From Octopus bimaculoides (Eukaryota), in NCBI RefSeq assembly GCF_001194135.2, contig NC_068992.1:5697123-5753140 (forward strand): a stretch of DNA of 56,018 nt. The letters are read 5' to 3'. The position numbers were made by a program, and so were the translations under genes. The notes beneath the pieces are model-generated. The model saw only the letters and a program-made list of their open reading frames with translations. It was not told where the DNA came from and did no database searches. The stretch's first letter is position 1. Every line of letters starts with the position of its first letter. Below, one piece after another: positions 12,113 to 26,500 of the stretch.

Positions 12113-12979
12113 TGATAATTAGTTCGGTTTATTTATATTCCTCTTCAAAGTTTACTGGTGCATGGTAAAATGCGTCTCGGTACAAGCCTGGTATTTATTC
12201 CCGGTTTCCACAATCAAATCTCTTCTTTCCTTCTGTTTGTGTAAGGTTTCTAGCCCCGACTTGATGTAAGAAATATGTATATTTTGAATTTCTTCAATTT
12301 TGATGCTGGTTAAATTACTGTGTTCTGGACAGAATTATTTTCTATAAAGTATGTGTATAAATATATTTCTCATAAGAATACAGCATAACTTTTAGTCAGC
12401 GTCACCAAATATCTCTGCAAAGAAGTGATCGTTTTCATCTGATTTTGTTAATTATTTTTTTCTCCATAATTACGCACTTCTGTTTCATGTTTTTTTTGTC
12501 TGACTTCATTAAGTACTGTCCCACAATGATTCATCTATTCACAAGTATTACAGCTTTACACTCTACTAACAATCATGTCAGTAAGGACTATAATTATTTG
12601 TTTATCCTTCATGCAAAGTGCATCGCCATATAAACGGTATTTTTCAGTAGATGAACGATCAGTTGTTTTTCCATTTCCCAAATAGTTGCCGACATATTAT
12701 TGTTTTACTTTTGCATACTTCATTAGTATTTCGGAGAAGATATATAAACAAGTGTTACTTGACTTAGATTGTAAATATTCACACACAACTTTGTTATATT
12801 TCGTAAACATCAACATAGTGTGCGTAGTATGAGCACAAGTCAAACTAAGGTATGTATTCTTTGCAACATTCCGTGAATAGATGCCAGTTGAATATGAACT
12901 GAACTTCTCCTGGTGGCATTAGATTTATCTTCATTATTGGCTTAGAACTATTTATGTAATATTTATTTTGGAGTAGTCC

Positions 12980-13129
12980 AGCAAGCTGACAGAATCGTTA
13001 GCAGGCTGAGCGAGATGCTAAGCGTTATTTCGTCTGTCGTTGCGTTCTTCGTTCGAATTACTTTACCTTTCATCCTTTCGATTAAATAAGTACCACCTCT
13101 TGTTTGTGGGCAATAAAGAAATAAATATT
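12980..13129 (+). mobile_element. SINE family A copy, internally deleted, tail variant GGCAATAAAGAAATAAATATT
   Basis: agctgacagaatcgttagc...atgctaagcgttatttcgtctgtc...ctttcatcctttcg...aagtacca. Confidence 0.85.
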
Positions 13130-14319
13130 TGTCCTGAAGGGAATAGAATTGAATTATTTTATATTGAAACGACTTTTTCTTGATTTCTTTTTGCTTTGGT
13201 GTGGAGAGCTATGTTGTTTCATTTTGTGGGCGAACTTTTTATTTTTTTATCACGAAATTCTTTTAGTTTCTGTGCACTTCTACTCGGTATATTTTCATTA
13301 TATTTCTGGAGAAAATAAGGGATATATTTCTGCTGTGTTACAGCAGGTGAGTAAGAACATTTAGATTTCGTAATTATTTTTTTATATCATAATGTACACT
13401 TCCCCGTGGTCGTTGGCATTGCTCTCCCGGTCCTGGTCATTTCTGTTCCTTGTCGTTAAGCAGTGCAATGATCAATACCCGTTACAAATTGTCTGGAATA
13501 AAAACAGTTACTTAATTGAACGCGATCGCATGAATAACACTGGGTTTTTAAGGCTGATATATGGACATTAATTGTTAAGATAATCTTTTTTTTTTAAACT
13601 TAGATAATGATTCATTTGTTTATGCTCGAGAAACAAAAACACCACTAGCACTCAAATATTACTGATGCTGTTAATAATGCCGTTCGCCAGTAAGGAAAGA
13701 ATTATAAAATTAATTGGTGTCTGCATATATTTAATTATATTTACATGAAAAAATTACTTCATAATTTAATAAACGAGTTGAGACCATGCACAAGCATTTA
13801 TGCAATTCAATACAAGACCTACTTTCCGTATATTTACTGATTTCAAATCCATTCTGCATTGATACGTTAGCTATCGTATAAACAATCGACTGAATTATGT
13901 ACTTAGAGTAAGTCCACCTGATAGCTGGAGCTATCAGCGTATTTGCTATGAGAAAATGCGTACATTGATCAGTAAAGGACGACAAACGCTTCTTGTTTTC
14001 GTGGCTGAAAACAAAAGCTAATATTAATCATTTTTTTTTCGATTCTTTTTACAATATATTTACAAATATAGTCATTTCGATATAATATGGCAAAATGCAA
14101 TTTACTTAAACATATTATACTGCTCAGAAAGTACTCTAGACCAAATTGATTTGTGGTAAACGAATGCCCAAAGGATGTTTTAGCTACGTTGCGTTGGAAA
14201 CATGCAACTCTATACTTGCATTTGACCTACTCTTGCAAATGAAGCACTTGTATATGATATAGTTCTATATGTATGCCAGCAGAATGGTTTTCTCATCCTG
14301 TCTTTCTTTCTTTCTTTCT

Positions 14320-14334
14320 CTCTCCCCCGTCTCG

Positions 14335-14385
<51 letters not shown>
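14320..14385. repeat. (CT)n-(AT)n microsatellite
   Basis: Read directly. Confidence 0.93.
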
Positions 14386-14638
14386 NNNNNNNNNNNNNNN
14401 NNNNNNNNNNNNNNNNNNNNNNNNNNNNNNNNNNNNNNNNNNNNNNNNNNNNNNNNNNNNNNNNNNNNNNNNNNNNNNNNNNNNNNNNNNNNNNNNNNNN
14501 NNNNNNNNNNNNNNNNNNNNNNNNNNNNNNNNNNNNNNNNNNNNNNNNNNNNNNNNNNNNNNNNNNNNNNNNNNNNNNNNNNNNNNNNNNNNNNNNNNNN
14601 NNNNNNNNNNNNNNNNNNNNNNNNNNNNNNNNNNNNNN
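14386..14638. other. Assembly gap
   Basis: N run. Confidence 0.98.
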
Positions 14639-14671
<33 letters not shown>

Positions 14672-14853
14672 ATTGGTGGGTCGGTGATTGGGTATAGATC
14701 AGGGTGCTTGACTTGCGAGCTCTTGTTTTGGTATGTGAATGTGTGAGTGTTTCTTTGTGTGTATGTGTGTGTGTGCGTGTGTTAGTGTCTCTGTGTGTGT
14801 TTCTGTGTGAGTTTATTTACTTGAATATGAGTAGATTCTCTCTATCCGCATAA

Positions 14854-15008
14854 CAGTATTTCGTCTGCCGTTACGTTCTGAGTTGAAATTCCGTCGAGGT
14901 CGACTTTGCTTTTCATCCTTTGGGATCTAAGCGACTTAATCCCTTTGTCTGTCCTTATGTGTCCCCTCTATGTTTACCCCCTCTGTCGGCAATAAAGAAA
15001 TAAATATT
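14854..15008 (+). mobile_element. SINE family A copy, 5'-truncated, same tail variant as 12980-13129
   Basis: gtatttcgtctgccgttacgttctgagttgaaattccgtcgaggtcgactttgcttttcatcctttggg...ggcaataaagaaataaatatt. Confidence 0.85.
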
Positions 15009-16403
15009 CATAAGAAATCACTGCAACTACATTTGTAAATAAATTCCCCTCACCAAAAATTATATATATCAATAATTTAAACCTATATATCACCAATATT
15101 TATGGATCTTTTGGAAGTGTTAAACCCAAAGGATATGGAAACCCCATTCGGTTGTACTTGAATTAGTAAGTTATATATATTCAGTCTCAAGTCTATTCTT
15201 CAATGGCATCTCGGAATCTTTCGCAGGAAGGACGAAAACAATATTTTCGGATAGCTATATGTATGTGAGTGTATCTTTAATAATGGTGCTGCCGTCAGGT
15301 CACTCATTTTGAGTTATCCGAATGTAGGAATGAATGCAAAGCGTGAAATCCGCTAAAGAATGGTAATATACAGAAATATATCTACAGACTTTCACATGCC
15401 ACCGATGTTGTTGAAGTGGAAAAAGAAATAGACATTTCGAAAATAAAATCCCGGCCTTTTCAAGCGGTAGAAGAAATGTCCTTAGTTTCAATGAATGTCT
15501 AGATCACCTGACGGAAACATGTTAAGGGTTTATTCGCATTCAAAGAATTCTATAAAAACATGAACTTTGATAACGGAACAATCTGACAGGATATCCTGTC
15601 AATACTGACAGTTTGGAATACCTTATAATTCATGATATATTTCGAACGTATGCAACTGAACTGATTTTTCTTGACAACAGTGGTGATGCATCATGCAAAA
15701 TTACTATATTTTAAAAATCAAATATAACACTAGAAAATCTCCACAAGTCAATTTTCCCCATGACCATGGCATCACTGCATATATGTACAGTTGTATTGAT
15801 CCAATTCTCTATATTCCAAGTCCGAATCATTTGCATAATACACACCTATCACAAATTATTTAAAACCCTTTGGAAATATAAACCAAGCACAATTCGTTTA
15901 CTGCAGTTTTAAGAAAGTTGATTTCAAAACTATTTCTTTACTTTTCCCAAAGCTGAAATTAGTGGAGTGGATAGATTTACATTTACGAAACTAGTTGTGT
16001 AAAAAACGCACATCATTTTAGTTATATGGCTTTTAATTACATGTTTCACCACACATCTTGCCTGCTCAATTTCACTCGCAAACGTGGTAATAATTCACGG
16101 ATTACATCAAAACATTAGATTTTTCCTGTATTGTTCTTGAATTCCAGGTAAAAGCATTTTTATTTGTTAAATGAATAAAATAAATAATAGTGAATAAAAT
16201 AAGTAATTGGTTATTAGTTGCAGTCAATGGTTCCTCAATATTTGTGATCTAGTCCTGAAGTGCGTTTAGCGTTAAGATATTAAAGAGAGATTACGGCGGT
16301 ATACAACATTTTTGCGCATCTTGATCTCGATCTTGAGGACCTGATAGGAATCATCATAATCATCATCATTATCGACGTTGTTACCATCATCATCACTACT
16401 AAC

Positions 16404-16452
16404 ATTATTATTATTATTATTATTATTGTTATTATTATTATTGTTATTATTA

Positions 16453-16535
<83 letters not shown>

Positions 16536-16579
16536 GTTATTATTATTATTGTTATTATTATTGTTATTATTATTATTAT
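16404..16579. repeat. (ATT)n microsatellite with GTT/AGT interruptions
   Basis: Source of the poly-N, poly-I and poly-L ORFs at 16272-16638. Confidence 0.97.
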
Positions 16580-18046
16580 GCATAGCAATTTCTATCTTAT
16601 GTGAAAGAGGAGCCGATTACACCATCACTGCTGCTTGAATCGTTATTTATTTTACGTAACTTGAACCAGGATTGAAATCAGGACGTGAAGCATCATATGT
16701 AAAGACAGTAAATAATTTTCTTCGAAAATTTAATGAAATTCTCGCAATGCATTGCACCAGCCAGTATTGATGTTATTGGCGCGATCGTTTGATAATTGAA
16801 TACAAAATATTGAACATTTTAGTTAAACTACCCGGCACTTTCAATTTAAATCTCACGATGGTCAAGAAATCCTTTTCCTTTCAAAAGTAAATAAAGCACC
16901 ACGCTCGTATTCTGCTCGTGGCCCGAGAACACAAAATAGTGTCTTTTAATGCAAGATAATAGAGTAAAGAATTTTATCATATTTTCAAAACAGTCATGAT
17001 ATTATGTAGTGCATTCATGTAATCAAAAAATGCGAGAACCATCGTCGTTAAGTGATGTAAAACAGCTTATTATTATTATTATTATTATTTTTCATTTTGC
17101 AACTGATATGCTGTAAGTTGCTTTTTCTTGTTATTTCGCCCCGGGAGGATCTGCAATAGGCAGAAACATATTATCGAATGTGTTATTTAATATCTTAAGA
17201 CGGTGCGGTGAATTCCGCAAGACGTGTATAATATTTCTAATAATTCCACTTCTCAAATAGAAGCGATTTTCTTGGCTCGTTACTAGCATTTTGTTTTGTA
17301 ATGTGATTTGTTTTATTGCTTCTTATATTACTTTGGTGTTTCTTCCGTTCTAACAGTATTTGCTCTGTGAGTTATATAACTATTGTTATTACTAAAAGTA
17401 TTATTAATATCATCAGTACTATAGCATCATCGTCAACGTTGTCGCTATAACTATAATAGTTATAATGAACATCACGATAATATATGCGAGGAGCAGCACA
17501 ACGGTAGAGACGAAAATGAAAATGATAATATAATTTATATGATCCGAAAGTTTGAAATACTTCATTGATTCCAAAACCAGCGACTTAACAGCGCGGAGAG
17601 ACATAATTCTCCTGATGGACGAAAGCCAATAACTTAACGGCAGAACCATCAGTTTAAAATACCCACTCACAAGAAAATTTAACTAGTCTATAGAGAAAAG
17701 CATGCTCACTGGAATCTCTGTGCCAATATTCCAGTTTAAAATGTTTCAATATATCAAGATGGTTAAGGCAGTGGGATGGGTTGGTATGATTACTGCGAGA
17801 AAGGGTGGTCGTGTATGCGCTCTTGTTCATGTTGATGCTGATGGGACGAGTAGTGGTAAGGTTTGCTAGTGGAGGAGGTGCCGGGAATTTTAATGGTGCT
17901 AGAGGTGAGAAGGTATATATCTAGGTTTAACAGTGCTTTTAGTTCGCAGTCCCTCCATAGTTTTTGGCCTAATAGACAGAAACTGCTCTAAATGTCCCAA
18001 ATGATAATTCCCTACATATCTATCTATATATATATCTATCATTATG

Positions 18047-18396
<350 letters not shown>

Positions 18397-19849
18397 TGGG
18401 TGTATATGAATAGGTAGGTGTGTACATGTTTGTATATCTACCTTTTCATTTTGTATATTTTTATATATATAAGCACATATTAACCTGCAAACGCACACAT
18501 GTGATTATGTATATTCAGATGTAAATAACTATAACAAGTGTACGATTCACGAGTGTGTACTTCACGCACACATACCCACGCACGTACAAAGACATACAAA
18601 CACCAAGGCTCTTCTTACACATTAATGCATCACATTATCTATTCTTATCAGGAACAGTGGCCATTAATTTTGGACGGGAGTAATGGACACGGCTAAATTT
18701 TCGAAAATATTCATGTCGTGCTTGTTTTGAAATATAAACACAGGATACATTAGATATTCTTTGTTACAGCTGGTTGCCACTAGATTACTAAGTTAATGGT
18801 AGAAGAGGCTAAAGTTGATACACGCATATATAAACATACAACGGCAACGTCCCCAGACCGCACCTACACCAGTATGTATTCGTATGTATGTATATATAAA
18901 TTCATATACATAATCCTATATACACGAATGAATGTATAAATTATATTTATATGTATATATACATATATGTATTTATGTGCATTCTTTCACACTCATAGAC
19001 ACATATATACTTAGCAAGGATATATAGCCAGTAGGTGAAAGCTTACAACTTATCGCTCACATGGTGGAAAATGTGCCAAACACTAAATCGAAAGCGGAGA
19101 GCTGAACAAACATACGTAGCGTGTAGGCTTAAAGTGCCATACGGCGCTTCAGGTCGGTGTGTAGATGGAAAGGGAAGTTTTAAAGGGGAAGTTAAGAAAT
19201 GAGATGTGTGTGGATAAGTGGTAGGAAGCACGAGAGAATATAAGAAAGTATCAGAAAAACGGAAAAAGAAAACCTGCAGAAGATAGAAAGAGGGAAAGAA
19301 TGACGACTAGTGAGCGATCATTCCAAGACTGTCACTTTTACACTTACACACATGCATTACACATCTTCGCACGCATTCAATACCTTCATGCACACCCATT
19401 TACACAAATTGCTACAACAGTACACGCGAAATCAGACGTTCTTAGTGACGTACATACTCTGACACGCGTACACAGATCCAAACTTACATATAAAATCCTT
19501 GTTTCTAGTGCAACCGAGCACACAAAGCAACATTTCACCATCAACGTGTACATACACACGCAGGCACACATATGCACGCAAGAATTTTTACTCGCATACA
19601 ATACCACAAAATCACAGGCAGACAATCACACATTTACACACACATGCACATACACGCACACACATAGACACACGCACTCATAGATACACCCAATTAATGC
19701 ACACTCTTGGACTCTGAAACTCCAGAACACAAGTCAGTGGAACTACAAAACAATGAAATAGAACTAAAATAAAATATATAAATAAGTTTGAAATATTAGC
19801 ACAAGGCTAGTAATTTTCATGTAATTGGAAGTTGATGAGATGGACTTGT

Positions 19850-19945
19850 ATTTAAGTTATTGACCGGGATACGATGAAAGGCATAGTCGCCCTCGGTGTC
19901 AAATGAAACTCGGAAAGTAAAGAACCGGCAAAAATGCAATACTAT
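19850..19945 (-). mobile_element. Very degenerate SINE family A fragment
   Basis: attgaccggga...gatgaaaggcatagtcgccctcggtg...gaaactcggaa resembles 7310-7370. Confidence 0.5.
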
Positions 19946-20054
19946 TTACTAGACTAAGCTAGACTGAGTTGTTGTGTATGGCATCACCAGCTGTAACATC
20001 TAAAACTGAATAGCGATTGGTAACAAAGTTAATTGTTTTTCCTCATCTACCTGT

Positions 20055-20086
<32 letters not shown>

Positions 20087-20679
20087 GGTACTTATAGAAT
20101 AATGCACATTACATACTTTTGAATATATCTCTGTACAACCATGTACCATAATCTAGTATCTTTCTATAACAGTTTTGAATCCTCGCGCTTCTAAGATAAT
20201 GTGGTGGCATTTCTTTTTCTTTACTCAATGACGACATCCAAGAAGATTTTTCTTGCCATCAATTCACTTCTGCCAACTCTAATTGTACTTTAGTGTTTCT
20301 CATTTTTACATCTTCTGTAGTTTACCTTTTGTCCTTGCAATTGTCTGTTACTTCAGACACATTGTTTTACTGTTTTCTCTTGCCTTCATTGAAGACAGAA
20401 ACCGTTTCTCTTTCTTTCTTTTCTTTGGCTTTATTTTATTTCTATTGTCTTAATGTTCAATTATCCTTCAATAGGGTACCACAAACTATTCTACAAAAGC
20501 TTTCTCGCTGCATAAAATATCTATCTACCTGCGTAGATAAATATAATATTTATGTATCAGTTGTATACTTAACGATGTATACTTAATAGTTACTATTATT
20601 TTCTTTTGTTTTTGTGTTTGTATTTGTGTCTAGACTTCATGTTGTTTGCTATAATGTACAACTGAAAATATAAATATAC

Positions 20680-21090
20680 CTATAATTTGTTACAGGAAGA
20701 ACGAGAGAATTGTTGAAAACTTTTTGTTCTTTTATTCTTCATTTCCTCGGTTTTATGTAGCAATCTAATAAATCTATAATTTTCTTTCTTAAACGTTTCT
20801 GCAATATATTGCACCCAGTCTACTTCATTGACTCCTAAGAATTTGAAAGAATTTTCATATCGATAATTACTCAAATACGTTTAACCTTCGTTGGTTAACT
20901 CTAATAAGTTTGCATAGGTGTATCTTATTTATCTTTTATCAATCCCTCTTGTATAATCCCGGATTGCCTCTAGTATTTTCCTAACTTTTGTATTATTTTT
21001 GTAGTTTTTGTTGCTCTAGCTATCGCTACAACAATATCTTCATATTTTCTGGAGATTGCTTGGTCCTTTCGCGTGTTATTTATAGTCACA
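20680..21090 (-). pseudogene. Decayed non-LTR retrotransposon reverse transcriptase (C-terminal RT subdomains)
   Basis: Minus strand gives AISRKYEDIVVAIARATKTTKIIQKLGKY*RQSG (YADD-like position at 21030-21044), then YENSFKFLGVNE...KKENYRFIRLLHKTEEMKNK and NSLVLPVTNY. This resembles the Y.YLG..E...K.EY.RR.R.IL.TELN..NK...N..A.PV..Y pattern of R4/Dong-type RTs; clade uncertain. Confidence 0.5.
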
Positions 21091-21629
21091 ATTGATGTTT
21101 GAATTAAGGTAACTGAGTTACATTGTTTTTTGTTGCATGGTGATTCAATCGCCGAAATGTTTCATGTGTTAAGTTGTTTTATTGGCTGTATTTTGTGTTT
21201 TTATTGTAATAATTGTTTTTCATTTGACATTTTTCGCGCTCCTGAAATCAAAACTCCCATCTCTGCTTTCAGTTCAGGAGTTTTTTCCACAAGCATTCGT
21301 CTTTTCCATGACAAATTCTAATCACTTATTCATTTTAATGTATTTGTCATTGAGGAATTTTGCCTTGGTTACTTCTATATGAAGTTGCCTTTATTTAACT
21401 TGATATCTTCCTTGTATATATTTTTACTTCATTACCTATAGTAGTTTCGGGATCTTTTCCTTTTGGCTGGCAGATAGAAAGAAGTAACTTTTTGTAACTA
21501 AACACTTTCAAATTTAGTGTACTGGTAAAAATGTGTCATTTAAAACATCACTTACTCTTGGCGTTTACAAGAAAATTCTTTATTTTCGAAGTTATTTCGT
21601 GGTAAAGTTGTCGTATTTCAGTAATTTCA

Positions 21630-21649
21630 ACCAATCTATATATATATAT

Positions 21650-21721
<72 letters not shown>

Positions 21722-21742
21722 ATGTATATATATATATATAGA
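21630..21742. repeat. Compound (AT)n/(GC,GT)n microsatellite
   Basis: Read directly. Confidence 0.93.
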
Positions 21743-22372
21743 TATGCTGTTTATATAAATACACAGAGGCACAGACATACGCACCCACATACACACACAC
21801 ACACACACACACTCATATATACAATATACATATAATTACCCTACATCGACATTGATCTAAATAAGTCGAAATTTGTAATACGTTTCTCGCTGATAAATCT
21901 TGTGTATCTTCCTCTATTAGCAGCAGATCGATTAACTATTCCGTCTCTAATAAAAGAAAATATTATCAATGGATATAAGGAGAGGCTGATCCTTGGTGAC
22001 CTTTCATCGCTCATTAATGTGGCATAGCCCAAGTTCAAAAATTGCATCGGTTGCATCAACTCCAAACCTAATTTCGTGCATCAGCTCACCTCACGTTTTC
22101 ATCATTATCATAGAATTTTGTCAACATGCGATCTATTTCTCCATAATCGTTGGTCAACTCGTCAACATAAAACTAATGCTATTAGATATTTCTTTCAAAT
22201 TTTTGTTATTGTACTTTACTTTAAGATATAGACATGCACGTACACAAATGAATATACACACATGTTCAAAATATTCAGGTGAGAGTCTTGTAGCTTTTCT
22301 CGTGTAAATAAAATTATGCGTAATTGCGCAGAAAATTGTGAGGTAAATCAATTTATGACGCAAATCTAGAAT

Positions 22373-22420
22373 AATGAATGTAAAATGTAAAATGAATGTA
22401 AAATGAATGTAAAATGATAA
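22373..22420. repeat. Short tandem repeat, unit about AATGAATGTAA
   Basis: aatgaatgtaaaatgtaaaatgaatgtaaaatgaatgtaaaatga. Confidence 0.85.
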
Positions 22421-23475
22421 TGAAAAGAATAGATGCCCTCAAGTTTCTGATTATAACTTTGTCAATGATATTGAAAAATTTACAGCAATAATTTGAAAAG
22501 AATAAAACCATTTTCGAATTAGATATCTGTATTTCAATATTGCACTCTTTCGTGTGCATTTGCACCTTACATTATATATTTATTTTTGTTATATGTGAAA
22601 AGGTTAGAGACCTTACTGAGTATGTTTTTATTTTCATTAATGTATTTATGACTATTATTCACATTAATTTCTTGTTTTTTTTTCATCGTTTCATACTCAT
22701 GTTCTTTTGCTGCCAATGCTTTCCTTCTTATGACTCATCTGTGTATCTCTTTATCTCTTTAATTTTTTCCGCTTTGTATCTGTGATTTTGTATCTAACCA
22801 TCAGTGACCGTATATGTGCGCAGATGTATGTGTGGGTATATGTGCATGTTAGTTTTCGCATGTGCATGTGTGAGTTTATGCTTTCGGTTGATTGTGTTCA
22901 TTTACACATTTATTCGTCTACATAAACCAATATGTTCATACATATGCATTTATTATGTGTGTGTACAAGAGTCATATCTCAGGAAACAAGTATTTTTACT
23001 TCTTTAAGTAGCATTTGTATTTTATTTACCTTATATTATCATACATTGATATTTCTCCAAGCCACTTCATTACAGAATATATTCAATTACCCCTTTGGCC
23101 TCTCAGATTTATGATAACGTGCAATGGACAGCAACTCTCTCATTAGGCCTGTTCATTAGTAACTGACAGAAACTTGCCAGTAATTTTCCTCTGATGAGCT
23201 GCAATATTAGCTATGTCGTCCTCACCTTCGCATTAACCTTTTCAGGACCCTTGCATATAATTCTTTGAAATCTGGCTTGAATAGTAATCACCGTATTATT
23301 TAAAACGGTAAGAAGTTTTGGGAAGAGTCTCTCTTTGACAACATCCCCTCAAGCATGAGAACCTAGTAATGGCATATAATATTCTCAATTTATACATGCC
23401 CTTAAGGAATTTTGCGTCGGGGTATTTGTAATGGTTAGTCTACTCTTTAAATTCAGTTACATGTGAGGCAGCTAC

Positions 23476-23582
<107 letters not shown>

Positions 23583-26500
23583 AAACTTAATATCATATTC
23601 AATGTGGAATTGACGTAAACAGAGTTACAAATAATCCAACAACATAATACTTTTTTTTCATGTATTATTTATATTTTAACCCGGTGCCATTCCCTTCCCT
23701 TGCTTAGTATCAATAAATCTGACGATTTAAGCATTGAATTAATTTCTCAAAATAGATTTTGTACCCATGTAAACCTTATGAGATAACATGCTTTTAATGA
23801 AAAGAAATTTTTATGAGAATAAATGTCCGTCATTTTCTTTAACTACTTCGTGTGTTTCCATAAAATTAGTCTCTGTATCTATAAACAGAAATGCAAGTGT
23901 TGCACAATGTCTATAACAGAATTTAAACCAGGAATATCTATTTTAAATTAATATTTTTTTAGTTCGTGGAAGACTGTATTAACTCTAAAGCTAGTTATTC
24001 CTTCATCATCGGTTATCATAGATTTCAACAACTTCAAGTGTATTGTCGAATGCAACGTCTAGGCTATGTTTTATTGTGGATGTCTGGTGGTTACTCGACC
24101 AAAAATATTTTTATTCTTAACATCAATGAGAGCGTCTAAATGAAGGTCAAGTCTCACACTGTTTGGCACCAATGTCGTCCTTGATATAACCTTTATAGCG
24201 CAAAGCGAAAATGAGCGGTATTGATACCGGGAGACATTACACTTAACAATACCATGGCCCACTAATCCACTGACATATATTGCGAAATTATTTATCGATT
24301 TCTGAAACAGAAGTAAACTGGAAATGGCGGGATTTCAAATCAGAACGTAATGATTCTAAAACAAAATAAACTCATCCTGAAGGTCCAATGGTTCTGTAAT
24401 TTCGCATTGTGATCATGAAGCCATTCTGCGTATATGTACAAGATAAGTTATAAGATATTTGAAGTCAACAGTTAAATCAATGAATTATTTGTGTTGAAGT
24501 AAATAGTGTTGAAAATTTAAATTTGAAACAAGCTTAATATTCCAAAAGGCATAATAATCTACATAACAATAACACGCGGCAGAAATTGAAGCATTGTATT
24601 AAATGGGATTCCTAGCAGATGTAAATTCAAATTATCTAAGGCAGCGTTTCCAATAATTTAATATCGCAACCAGTGATTGGCAAATCAATAATCTCTCTCT
24701 ACTACTATCATTTTTTCTCGTCTATAAATTTCTCCAACAAAGCAACACAGAACTTGCTGTTGTGGATCTGCTGAGTCAAATCTAGTATTTTTTAGTAAAA
24801 TCGTTTGCCATGTGAAATGTTTACAATGCCTTTTTGCTCCACCAGTTGAGTTTTCCAGTTCCAATTCCGTATATCGTACCACCTACTAATCAGATTGCAG
24901 TAACTCTCTAAGCGTCAAGCGGTAGCTCGTAACAGAAAGTATGCGGCGACAAGAAACAAACAAACAAACAAAATATTGTGGGGAACAGGAACTACCATCT
25001 ACCATAAGCTGCAGGTTCAATCTACGACAGCTAGGCACAATGATGTATGAAATCTTATGCATATATATTTCTGCGCTAGCGTACAAGATTATATATCACC
25101 AATCATACTACTACACAGCAAATAGTGATCATATGCATTACTATGCAATTTTATTAAATTTTCATATCATCTACATTATAAGTTTAACCAAATAGCTTTA
25201 ATTTCTAATTTCAGCGACTAGAATGTCTCTTTGACTATTCTTTTTCTGTTAGATTTATTAGATTCAATTATTATGATTTTGAAGTGTTCATTTTTTTTTC
25301 GAGAATATCTCGTTTCCTATGACGTCAATGTTACCTTCTCTACTTTACGCTGTTTTTTTTTTTTTGTATGAATGGTCTGTGATACTAATTCATTCTGGCA
25401 TAAATAGGTTTCTACTATAAATAACATTACAGTAATTTGCATTCATAATGTCCAATGAGGTCAATCGAATTCCAAATGTAGCTAGAATTTTTAATATATC
25501 ATATTTATTTGCTATTTCGACTATCGTTTGCTCCCATCTTTTGCATTCTAAATTATTGAAAGATTTCATATGAAGGGGTTAAGGGTTATTAGGGTGCAAT
25601 ACTACATAGATTTCCAGGATAACAGAGGGTATGATATGAAAGATATTACAACACGCATAACTCGTGCTACCAAATCATAGTATGATAGACTTATTATTAC
25701 CTGCTTCTAAACTATTCAAAAATAGGGGTAATATTAGGAACACATGATATTCGAAGAAATAAGTTATTATTAATTAGGTTTTGTTTATTTCTATATTTGA
25801 ATATTTCATATATTTGCATCCAAAAACTCATTTGTCCAATTTTGGACATATGACAGTTTCGCATAATAGCAACGATATCTATGTGTGTGTGTGTGTGTTA
25901 TATGTGTGTGTACGTATAGGCCCCTGCGTAGGTGATTTTGTGTTTATGTGTGTGCGTGTTGGCTCTAAATATCTGAGACGAAATTTTGTGTAATATTATT
26001 CCAGTAAATTTATGGTATGATTTCCCGCCCAAAACGTTATAGACAACGACATCGACCCTTGTAGTGTGTCAACCGTGGTCGACATCTCCAATTTCCCCTA
26101 AAGTTTCGAACTTGGATGTGATTTTCAGGAGAGTCGGCTACATTAACGGGTATTAAAAGAGAGCACCTAATAGTGTCTGATTTAAAAGCCTATTTTAGGA
26201 ATTGATTATAATAACTTATTTGATAAGTAATTTAAACGCTGACCTGTACCGATTAGGCCACACGAAACATAACAGACACGTAATTCAAAATATATCTCTA
26301 AAGGATTATGATGAATCTTAGTCGGACATTCCCGCATTGCAATACTTTAGCTCGCTTATCTTTCCTTATAATCTGCTATAAACATTTTACAGCAGCTATT
26401 AATTCTATCTTTAAATAGTTTCATCTCATTTTTAGTGTTCACTCATCACGCGTGACTATCTTTAAATCTCATTCATTACAAAGGAATACTCATTCCTTAA

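Noticed and set aside
12180-12300. Minus-strand G*KPY, like a C2H2 zinc-finger linker
   Set aside because: No correctly spaced Cys/His residues on either side.
17560-17760. Minus-strand NILNWNIG, like the start of a LINE endonuclease
   Set aside because: One short motif; no downstream ET or catalytic motifs readable.
23190-23215. CTGATGAG followed by a 3-bp stem
   Set aside because: No GAAA after the stem, so not a hammerhead. Other CTGATGA hits near 30911, 44615 and 53453 fail similarly.
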